DNA from: the human T2T-CHM13v2.0 reference genome, Homo sapiens
Strand: one strand, 5' to 3'
Assembly: GCF_009914755.1 (NCBI RefSeq)
Contig: NC_060926.1
Length of the DNA: 64,000 nucleotides
Of this stretch, positions 51,288 to 64,000 are shown piece after piece (within the stretch, counting starts at the first letter, position 1; every line of letters begins with the position of its first letter). The translations under genes were made by a program, and so were the position numbers. Under the pieces are notes generated by a model, which was given only the letters and a program-made list of their open reading frames with translations, was not told where the DNA came from and made no database searches.

Positions 51288-52172
51288 CAGGGTATACATT
51301 TTAAAGTAACATCATTGCTCTTTTCATTTTGAAGAAGACACAAAAAATATTAGGATTTACTGAGATGCATGCTTTCTTTTATAGTAATTATATTCTAGTG
51401 GCTTTGTTTTTGTGTGTTTTTTCCTCATATATTATGCAATTTACCTGTCCAATACTTGAATCAATCTGAAAGATTTCAGGTATGGATTCAACTTTATTTG
51501 TGTAAGTGTATACTTATGCTATAACTATTAATATTAGAGGCTCTAACAAGTAGGTTTCAATCTTCAATTGTCTGTTCAAAAGCAAGGGTGCTGTGTGAAA
51601 ACTGGAAAGAAAGCAGTCCCTGGAATTAGGTAGATCTCGGTTCAAATTTTGATTCTCCTGATTACTAGCTCTGTGACTTTGGACAGGTTACTTAATCTCT
51701 TTGAACATATTCCCTTGCTGGCAAATGGCTTTAACCGCACTTATTACATATATAGGTTGGTAGAATAATTACAAGAGCACATATTGCATCAAGCACAGTC
51801 CCTTGAAATCAGTAGGCTTCTAATAAAAGACTTAGTTCATAAGAGGATGACCCCTGTTCTTGGAATCCCATTAGGCTAAGAAAATGTCTGTTGAAAGACA
51901 AAATAAATACTATGTGTAAAATGCACAGTACAAGGTAATGCTCAAGAGTATAGGTTTTCTCCTCCATCATTAATTTGATTAGTTTACAAGTGTTCAACTT
52001 TGAAATATGTTAATAATCTTTATGATAACACTCAGGACTGGGGATTGTTTTGGCAGTTTGATATTTTCATCAAGGTTGAATGAGAAAGCATTTAATTATT
52101 ACAGATTTCCAAACTCTCTCTCTTAGGCTTAAATTAAGGAAGAGTCATTTGAGATTAAAACGTGGAGATTTG

Positions 52173-52616
<444 letters not shown>

Positions 52617-53329
52617 CTACATTGTTCAGGGTTAATAAGCTAGTTAGCAGTAGATCCCATCCCAACCTGACCCAGAGCCTTGAGGTTCCCAGACTTCTTT
52701 TAAGATCTTAAAGGTTTGCTTTCTCCAGTTTGAGGAGATCCTTTCACTGAAAGATCAGTACTCCAGCAAAGGCGTATTACTTCTTATCTAAAATCAAAGC
52801 CTAAGATTTTCCTAGGAGGGTTTCAGTTTGGGAGTTGTAAGGAATCAAACCCAAATATATGGACCTACAAGAAGAATATTTTTATTCATATATTAGGATC
52901 AGTCTGTTTTTGTATAACAGTGTATTTAAAAACTGAATATTTCTACCTGGAGAACACCCTCAAATTGCCAAGTCTCTCACTGGACCTATTCCATGTCTCA
53001 AGAGAGAGTAGGAGGAAAGAGTGTCACTTATTTGCGAACTTTATTCTAGTTAAATTATCAGGTTTTCTGAAATGCCTTTTAGGGAAGGGCATAATATAGA
53101 ATGTTTAAATACGTCTTTAGAATAGCACTTTTGCTGTTAAAATTAACGCATCTCCCACCAAAATAGAGCATCATAACATAGAGATTCTGAATATCTAAAT
53201 TAGGAGTAGTTTGGCACTATTAATTCTTTTTAAAAATGTACAAATATATGCAAAACTAATAAGTCATCAAATATTGGAATTATTTTCCCCTAGCTAATTC
53301 AATAATAATATAAATCATTTACTTAATTT

Positions 53330-54055
53330 TTATAATGCCACTACCAGTATTTCTAAGCTTACATATATCTCCAATTTGATCTACTACATAACTATTGAAT
53401 CTAACACTGTATCTCCATTCCCACAGCTATAATCACTTCAAACATTTTCTCCTAAAATATTTTAACAGTCTCTAAATTGGTTGCCCTTCCAGGGTCTTTC
53501 ATTTCACATGCTGTTGTCAAATCTAATAACAGCACTCCATCAACTAAACACCATCAATAGCTCCCTGTGACCTAAGGATAAATTCCAAATTACTTAGCAT
53601 ACAAGGCTTGTGACAATCTGGCCCCAATTTGCCCTTGTTCATCTAGTGTCATTATCTCCTTCTTATATGACTTCCAGTCATAGGCAAATTGAGTAAACCC
53701 CATGCTATTTCAAGACTCTATTACATCTTTGCACATGCTGTTCCCTCTGTGTGAAGACTCCTTCTTACACTTTCCCTCTATGGGGAGCTTTTACTAAATC
53801 TCTCAAACTGCTCAAAGATTTTCCCACTTTAGCAGTCTTCAGTACTGCTGCATGCATTTTTGGAATATTTTGCACCTACTTCTTACCCACAATCTAATTT
53901 ATGTCTTTACCTGCATATTTGTTTTGCCATTTGAGTTATTCTCTGAAGGTAGAGACTCATTCATCTTTACAACACCAGGGGCCTAGCATAGTGCATGGCA
54001 CAGAAAGACAGGTCAGTAAATATTGAATGAATGAATGAATGAATAAATGAATGAT
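53330..54055 (+). mobile_element. L2 3' fragment
   Basis: ctttgcacatgctgttccctctg, gcctagcatagtgcatggcacag and terminal (GAAT)n. Confidence 0.75.
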
Positions 54056-56843
54056 GGGCATAGTTAACAGGAAGAAATCAGAGCAATGAATAAAATAAAC
54101 TAATGAAGATGTAATTTAAAATATACTGTCTAACTTATTCAGTAGCATGTTTTTTACTGTATCATTATATTATTAATATTACATCATATGTTACTATGGT
54201 GAATAACAGTAGAGTGATACAGAGAAATAAAGATTAGGGAGAGGTTCATGTGACTAAGATTGCATCTAAATTTTCCTAAGCTAGTAAATTGACCGATGTA
54301 TTTTGGAATTTCTTGTTCAGGTTTTCAATGTGGTGTGTGGATTTGATAGGAGGGTGAATTAGGGTAGATCGGGGAGCAAAGAAAGAGGAATGGAAGCTCT
54401 CAAACAAATTGTAAGGCACATGTACCTTGGAGATAATCTGAACTTTAAGTCACAGAATTTTTAGAAACCTCAGATATTCTTGGTCTAGACAAATAATAAT
54501 AAAATAATGCTTCATTTATAAAATTACTCTGTGGTGTAAACTGGAATATCTTTGGGGAAAGAATACCCAACTTTTTAAACCATAAAGTCCAAGGTCTAAC
54601 TTTAAAATTTGGCTTATGAGAAAGGGCTGTTGTTCTGAAAAGTCTCATATGTTTTTTATATTCTCAAATTACTTTGTCATGACTGGTATGTCTCATCGTT
54701 CTGGTTAGCTCAGATTTCAGTTTTAAGAAATATAATAAATGAGAAAAATAATATTGGTCTGGTTTTAAAAAAGTGGCTAGTGATGAAGTAACACAAAAGT
54801 TATCGATATAAATGTCTCATTTTCCACCTGCAAATAAACAACTAGGAAACCATAGCATCCTTTGTCTTTATGGGGCAAATGCAAGTAGAATAATCCAATT
54901 CCACTTTACAAACATGGCAAATTAATGGCTCTTTCTTTCGTTGATGGTAGAGTTGGCATAATTCAGGCTGGCTCCAATTAGTACCTCATTAGTAACTACC
55001 AGATAATTATTGGCCTGCGCTCAGATATTGGCAGGTGCCTGATAAGGCACTTAATGAATTTTTCACTAGTCTTTCTGAGAAAACCTTCAGGAGAAAATAT
55101 TCTGAAGGCTGCAACTCTACTTTTCTTCCCATTTAAGTCTTGATGCATTTTCAAAATCAAGTTTGAAATTTTTAATAACATCATACTAGACTATCTTTCA
55201 GCCAAATATTTTACTATTTAATACATTTAGTACCATTTCTACCTGTTACACATGTCTCTCTATCCAAAGTCACCACCAGTGTTATGATTGACACTTTAAC
55301 ATGCACTTAATTTTGTATTAAGGTTATCAAAGCATTAGTCACCATATAAGTGACATGATTTTTTAATAATAAGTAGGAGATGAAGTCAATAGTTTCTAAT
55401 AGATCTAATATTTTTAACAATTTTAGCTATTCAGACTTCAAAGACTCAAATGAAAGGCAAATATTTAATGCTGCAGTGTTTTTAAATAGTCACCTACCTA
55501 ATAACAATATATATATAAATTTTGTTGTACAATGAAATTTTAGTAGAAAGTAATACATATACAACCTCCTAGCACTTTATATGGAGGCTAAAAATGAAAA
55601 GGTTTATAGTTACATAGGAAAAATATTGATTGTCACAATAAAACTTTCAACTATGCAACCCAAGAATGAGGCAGAACATTTCATTATTGATTCTTTGGGG
55701 GAGATATAACTTTTAAATGCTAGGTGTGATTTCAATCTGTCAACATTCCTTTTGCTGTAATTAAAATCCTAAAGTGTTCTTTAAATAACTTTTCACTTAA
55801 ATTGCATCCTGATGAGTTTTTTATCTCCATAACTGGAATGTCAACACCTAAGTAAGTGACTCATCCAACTACACTCTTTGTATTACAATGTTCTTACCCT
55901 TAAGAAAGCGCCTCTAAAAACTTCCTGTCAACATTACTAGTTAGAAGGATGAAAAGATGTATTTGTTTAAACATCAACTGACAGGAATATAGGTAAAATT
56001 ATTAAGTGGTGTAACTTTGGTACCTTTTACCTTTTTTCTTTTTAAACTCATTGCTTTATTCCACACTGGAACACACTGGCAGAGTATTACTCGATGATTA
56101 AGAATAATCCTCTCTTCCTTACCATTTCTCATCCTTCCCTCCTCCAGGGTTTTTGTCTTAAGCTTAATGCCAGAGAAGGAAGTAACTTGATAAGCTAAAC
56201 TGAATTAACATGCAGACTTTATTTGGGACCTCGCTTTGAAACTCTTATTTTAAGTGATGTTTGGAAATGTAAACCCCTGATAGCAAAGGTGACACTAGGT
56301 TGGTGAAGATCAATAAAAATTCATTTATTTGTTCAGGAAAAAATCTAATTCTTAAAAAGCTACCTGTTACCTAAAACGTTTTGATGTAATTTGAGTCATT
56401 TGTGGCTTCTGCTATATCCGTGTCATGTTTAACTATACGTGACATCTTCTCTGTTATATCCTTGTCTGTTACTATTTTGTATGTTAATTATTGTTGCTGC
56501 TGTGATTAGGTAACAATAACTTTAGTCATGTACATAGCTTAACCGATAACTTATAAAACTATACTTTTACTCAGTTTTTTAAGAAAATTGAAATCCTAGC
56601 AGTTTGCAGTAATAGCCTCATATTTACAAGCAAATAACCTTCTATTTCAATTCAGTTGGGATGCATGTGGATATTAATTTATAAAACTACTGCCCATTTA
56701 CTAGAAAATCTATTTAGAAAAATAGATTAAAGAAAACATTGATAGTGTAAAATATCTTGTGCATAACATATAATTTTTGAATACATCTAATTCTAATTTA
56801 CCAATATTTTTATAAAGAAGTATAATAATGTAACCTTAAATTA

Positions 56844-57173
<330 letters not shown>

Positions 57174-57584
57174 TTACAGATTCTCTGGGAGCAAAACAAC
57201 AAACAATATATTACTTTTTTGCTCAACTGTTCCCACATTAATCTTGCCATTTTTCTGAATTGCAGCTTTTAAGAAACATCCTTTGATGCAAAATTTCTTA
57301 TGGTGTTTTATTACACATCTAGTATGATTTGAAATATTCTTATAACTTTAAACATATGTTTATTTTAGAACACAAACTCATATATAACAATATTATATAA
57401 TAATATCATGTGTTAACCAATTATAGATGTTCAAAACTAATATATGTAAACTTTCAAAAGATACCTATCAATGTTGAAGGAATACAATTATCACTATATA
57501 TACTTTCTCTTTTGGTGTGTTATCTATGAAAAATTCAAAAGGAATTATGGAGGTGCACATTTTATTTCCTTAATATACATTGTT

Positions 57585-57788
57585 AAATATGGTATCCACT
57601 AACCAATTATAACTGTTTAAATTTAAACTAATTAAAATAAAATTAAATGAAATGAACTGTATTGCTCCTTGGTCACACGAGTCACATTTCAAGTGCTCAG
57701 TAACCATGTGTGTCTAGTGGTCATCATATCTAACAGCATAAATATGGAGCACTTCCATTATCACAGAAAGTTCTACTGGACAGCAGTG
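57585..57788 (+). mobile_element. MER33/MER3-type hAT MITE
   Basis: cacatttcaagtgctcagtaaccatgtgtgtctagtgg...cagaaagttctactggacagcagtg. Confidence 0.8.
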
Positions 57789-59950
57789 ATTTACATTATG
57801 TTATTAGAAGTTCTAGATAGGACAGTTCCAAAAGTGGGGAAAAAACAGGAAGTGAATTAAGTAATATTGATACTATATAATTAGGTTGAGTTCAGTATAA
57901 ATATTACACCCGATAAAATGCAAATAACGTATAAGCGGCAGATTACTTAGACGTTTTTCTCTGTTTGATTAAGCCATTTGTGTTTTTCCTCAAAGTAAGA
58001 AAAATTACTTTATGTTTTAGATGTTTCCTTGTCTACATAAAGATTTGAGTTACAGGATCTTTAAAGTTATTTTCACATTCCAACTCTGAAATTAAAATCT
58101 GTTAACACAAGTAGATTTTTCTCTATTTCATTCTTTCTTTTTGCCAGATATAATACTTAGCAATTAGTTCTTCAGATTTACAAGATTTGCATCAAAATAA
58201 TTTGGTTTGAAAATATTTTAGATGATTGTAAAACTGGTATATTCAATTCAAATCTAAAACATTCTTTAAAGAAATTTTTTCTCATAAATTCTGACAGACA
58301 TAATTATGTTCAGATATTTTAACCACATACTAAAAAGGAAAGAGTTTTCAGGAAAATAAAAACACTTATCAAATACAAAGCTAACCTAAATAATCATTGT
58401 AAAGAACACACACCATATTGTGTTTTGACAATCATTTTCTTGATTTGCATAAAGGTATGGCTTATAAAGATAATACAAAAGTTATTTGATAGTCAAACTA
58501 TCATTGAAGTAATAATGAAGTATGGTGCTTAAAAAAGAAGAAATATATTTCTGATAAAACCTAAACAAAAGGTGTAATGTTATAAACAGAGATTCAAAGA
58601 GCTCTGAAAGTCAAAATGTAAAATAAACTTGGGTCTGGTAACACTAAGTCAATTTCACATAGGGCAATACCAGAATTCCTCCCTAGTGTTTTTGTATATA
58701 CATATTAACTTTAAACATACTTTGAAAATCTCAAATTATCAAGCAATAATAGATCCTAAGCCCCTCAAAAAATGATGCTATGCTTTTTAAAATCTTGAAT
58801 TATTTTTGTTATAGTTTTCTTTTGAAAAGTGAATACGTCAGTGAAATACATCTTCTAAGAAAACATACAATTCAGTACTTTCCAATAAATTTATGGAGAA
58901 GTACCTTGTTGCCTATACTAGGTATCATGACAGAAGAGATGCAAAAGAAGAAACTGAATCAGAAAGAAGTAAAAATAAAAAGATAGTTTACCTTGTTGAA
59001 ATAAATCAGAACAATTCTCTTTGCCTTACTGACCTTGAATCTTGGGAATACTAACATAATACTTTTTGATTTATCTGAAATGTAATATATTTATTCCAGC
59101 TTCCCTCACATGTTAGATATGATTAAATTTATTTGTGCTTCTATATACCATGTTATGTTTTTTAAGAATTGCATATAAGAAAATAAAAATTAAAAGTAAT
59201 AATTCAGTGATTTCTATAACATTAAAAATAACACATCCAAACTGGTTTAATCAGAGAGTGCCATCATAGTTCTATTTAGCTACTCTACATGTAATTGTAC
59301 TTGCAATTTAAATATCTCAGAAGTGAAAAAGGGTTTCCATTAAATTTGATCAGTACATGTGATCAATGCTATCAATAAAAGCATTGAAAATTATTAGATG
59401 TCAATAATAATGTTTCTTAAGTAAACTACAAATTTCAAGTGGTCTAACTTCCATATAATTGCAATTTTAAATTTTCATTTGTATTTTGAAATTTTTCATC
59501 TGGTAGTCTTACCATCATCATGAACCAAGACACCAAGAAGAGAAAAAGCATATTATTTTCATGAAGTCCAACATTTGTTACATCACACTCAGTAAGTTTG
59601 GTAAGAGTTCCAGAACTGAAATTCTCTCCCTCGAATGAAAACCCTTTCTTACTGGGCCCAAATATACCTCTCCAAATTACTCCCCACTTATGAATTGTGT
59701 GAAATTTAGCTCAAATCAGAGTTTTTCATTACAGTCTCACATTTTCACTTTTCAGCTAATAAAAATTTTTTACTATGGAAGTACAAAAGAGTGAATAATA
59801 ATTTTACCTAGATGGAGGAAGGCATGAAAAACTGTTGTGCTTACAAATAGTTCTTTGGAAGAAAAAACTTATCTTCACAACCACCTTATAAATTTCTTGA
59901 GAAAAATGACGTTTTATTTCTTTCAGATTTTAGGACAAAGTATAACTTAA

Positions 59951-60249
<299 letters not shown>

Positions 60250-60439
60250 AATTTAGAATTTTAATTCTGGTTATTGAGGGTACTGGAGATCATATAGCTT
60301 AAAGCTTCCCCTGATAAAGTGATAACTGAGAATATAAAAGGTTATCTGCTTTGTGTATTATGATGGGGAAACTTGGAACAAGGACTCAGGTTTCTAGATT
60401 CGTACACTGACTTCTTTTCTAACAAGCACTATATAGCAT

Positions 60440-60690
60440 CTGAAGCAAAGAAACCCTAGAAACAGATTACATGGGCTCAGATCCCAGGTCCTCTCATTAC
60501 TAGTTATGTGAACTTAGGAGCTTTAATTAGCCTTCCTGAGCTTGGATTGCCTCATGTCTAAAAGAAGCAATTACAGTTTCTTCTCACAGGGTCACTGTGA
60601 GTATTAAATGAGAGAATATATGAAACAAACGTAGAACATTGATAAGTATGTAGCAAGTGTTCAGCAAATATTAGCTATTATTATTTTATC
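60440..60690 (+). mobile_element. MIR
   Basis: MIR core (actagttatgtgaacttagg...cttcctgagctt...gtgagtattaaatgaga); similar MIR relics near 22700-22930, 37200-37385, 51590-51810 and 63130-63385. Confidence 0.7.
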
Positions 60691-62261
60691 TGACTTAAAT
60701 AGGAAATATGCATATTAATATATTTTTAGTTTAGTAATACTCTCCTACTAGACTACCTATTGCATCTGGATTGTATGTATCTTTGAATATGATTTGCCTT
60801 GATTTTATGTAAGTTATTACATGATTTGCCTATTTAAGTATTCGTCAAGCAGAAGAATATTATGGATAATACTCTATTATACTGAAGGAAAATGTTGTTC
60901 ACCTGTACTCAGGTAAGCATGAGCCTTCATAAACACAGGATTTATTTTGTCTCTCAATAAGTGGTAGCTAACTTCTGATGGCTAGATATCATTTCCTTTT
61001 CATACTTAGGCCCTATTGCTATACTTTTTTTTTCTTCAAATTTGTCAATAAGACTGTGCTAAACATAATGGTAATTTTAACTTCTGAAATGAAACCCTTA
61101 AAAATTACCTATGTAAAAATGTATTATAAATAATTAAAGCTAAAAATGACAACTGCCGTGAAAATGTTGAAAGAAGAGATCTAAATTGCACCCAGATAAT
61201 ATGCAATGTTTACCCCAATCTCATATGTAAAATTTCAGCCCCAAATAGTACCTATTCTGCGAGATATAATGAAGTATAAGCACATAAAAGAATGTCTGCT
61301 TGTAACCATAACAATAGGCCTCTGTGAATTTGAGAATGTCTTTTATAGTTGAATATTATACATTGTATTTCTATAAAAGTGATTAAATAGAAGTCTTTCT
61401 CAGCTTTTACTATTTTTCTCTGAATTCAAGTATTAAATTTGAAGAAATTTTTTCCTTCCACCTGCAATTATCTCTGACTTTGAATTATAAAATTAACCAT
61501 ATATGTTATTTCCCTGTGTGTTTTTGCCTGAATATGAGGATACTGACATGAACTGTTTGGATAGATTTTAAAAATTGGTTTAAAAAAGTTTTTCTTATGT
61601 GAATATATAGTTTAATGAAATATTTCTGTGTTCCTCTACAGAAATCAGAAACTGAATTTTCATCTTGGTCTGCCTTTCATTCCATCACAACAAAAGTTCC
61701 CTTATGACTCTTCTCTTTGAAACATGCAGGTTATTAACGTACCAATGTATTGGTTTGTGCATAGGTGCAGGCACAAGGTCTCTGTAACTATAACCTCATT
61801 CTCTGTGTACATCTAGTTACTCATTCATCAGTCTTCTTCAACAGTGAATTTAGCAGTCTCCGTGTTAGGCACAAAAAATGATTAAGACATGACCTTTGTG
61901 CTAAAGGAAATTACTTTCTAGATGGAGAGAAAGACATTTCAGCTAAAAACAGTCATATGATGTTAAATGTTCAATATGTGGTGACCAGTTAGGCACAATT
62001 AGAAAATGTTTTACAGAGGAAGTAATATTTCTGCTCATCTTGGAAAATTTGGTAGTTATTCCAACTATAGTAAATGCTGAAGGACATTCTAAAATATCAA
62101 GTTACAGAGGGTAAAATGTGTCTTTCTAAATTTATTTGCATTGTCATTATCCATATTGGCAATAATGGATATGAATACTGAGTAAGTGTCTTTCACATAT
62201 TTTCATTAACATATATTTCAAATTCAAAACATGACCTACTATTTCCTTGTGGATTTCCTAA

Positions 62262-62546
<285 letters not shown>

Positions 62547-62681
62547 TCTAACAGGCTATTGTCAGAATTTTAGTAAAAGAAAATAAATGAAAGTATGTCT
62601 TTTAAAATAAGGCATGCTGGTAACGATCTAGGCAGCTTTCTTCATTTCCAAAAAACTTTTATCATCTGTACTAATTTTACC

Positions 62682-62971
<290 letters not shown>

Positions 62972-63383
62972 CTTACCTGTCCTAATTTTAAATCTTTTAA
63001 AAAGGATAATTGTCAACATGGAAGAAACTACAGGATTTGGGGTTCTTTTTTTCCTTGATCCCTTTTTCAGATGGTTTTTGCACAACATGTTTATGATCCA
63101 CAATTATTTTGTTACTGGAAACTCTGACATGATGTAATAGGAAAAATCTGGGACCAAAGCCTGAAAACTGAATTAAATCCCCAGTGTAATATTTTATCAC
63201 CTAAACAATTCTGAGAAAGTCACTTAGCCAGTTCGTGGTTAAATGTGCCTATCTAAACTATAAGGAAAGTAATACAAATAATTCTATGTTTCTCAGAGAC
63301 TCTGGATAAACAGTACATGCATCTGAAGTGATAAACTGATAAAGTTTTCTAACTCAAAAAATGCTATAGAAATGGTAGCCATC

Positions 63384-63384
<1 letters not shown>

Positions 63385-63431
<47 letters not shown>
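63385..63431. repeat. (ATT)n microsatellite, ~15 units
   Basis: Perfect trinucleotide run; source of the poly-Ile in spurious ORF 63372-63596. Confidence 0.95.
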
Positions 63432-64000
63432 TGGGAACTCCCAATCCCAATAGATCTACAAACTGATCATTTCACTTTCTTGTATTTTTCTCTTTTTCTG
63501 TGTTCCCATATTCTGGGGACAACTCCTCTACCTGTTTGCCAAAGACAGAAGCCTTGTAATGTTTGTTATTTGCTGTCATTTTGTATTATGTTCTGACTTG
63601 TTCCTAGCTTTCCTTTACTCTGTAAGTAAACTGGATCCATAATTACATATGTTTAATTTGTTCCAACTGTATAAGTTCCTTGTAATTTGTTGGATGTGCC
63701 ACACTCTTCTGTGTGTCTGTTCTTTCCTAGAGAGACCGTTCTTTTTGCCAAAAAATATCTCTTGCCCTGTAGAGCACCACGTCACTCAGCTACTTCTTAC
63801 TCTACCATTCTTGTTCAGGAAGCTTTCTCTGATCCCAGTTGAGACAGAAACACTTCTCATTTTCTCTACCTTAAAAGTTATTGTATTGAATTGTGATTAT
63901 TTAATCAGCTACCTACATACTAGACTGAAACATACTTGAAGACAGGGGACCATGCCTTTTATTTTTATTCTCACTCCTACCAACAGTGCCAGACATATAC

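Noticed and set aside
63372-63596. ORF with poly-isoleucine, transmembrane-like run
   Set aside because: Product of an (ATT)n microsatellite

Overview
AT-rich primate (most likely human) genomic DNA from inside a very large gene. Seven coding exons on the minus strand (57144->24315; 200, 189, 149, 94, 117, 120 and 120 nt, all GT-AG, in continuous frame) encode the end of a YWTD beta-propeller, an EGF repeat and four LDL-receptor class A repeats. The peptide matches LRP1B rather than LRP1; from memory these are about exons 60-66, and that numbering is unverified. The rest is intron filled with transposable elements: a 6.0-kb two-LTR HERV-H/LTR7 provirus antisense to the gene (8204-14216), a Charlie3 hAT end, old L1 pieces (one interrupted by Tigger1), MaLR elements, 18 Alus, MIR/L2 relics and a decayed mariner-like transposase fragment. 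Nearly all short ORFs in the track are repeat or AT-rich noise. I see no novel protein-coding system. The best lead is regulatory: the HERV-H keeps its 5' LTR promoter motifs but has lost the 3' LTR poly(A) signal and apparently the major splice donor, so it could send antisense read-through toward the LRP1B exons. Inverted Alu blocks also bracket the exons in a geometry that favours back-splicing. Repeat subfamily calls come from recalled consensus sequences, not a search.
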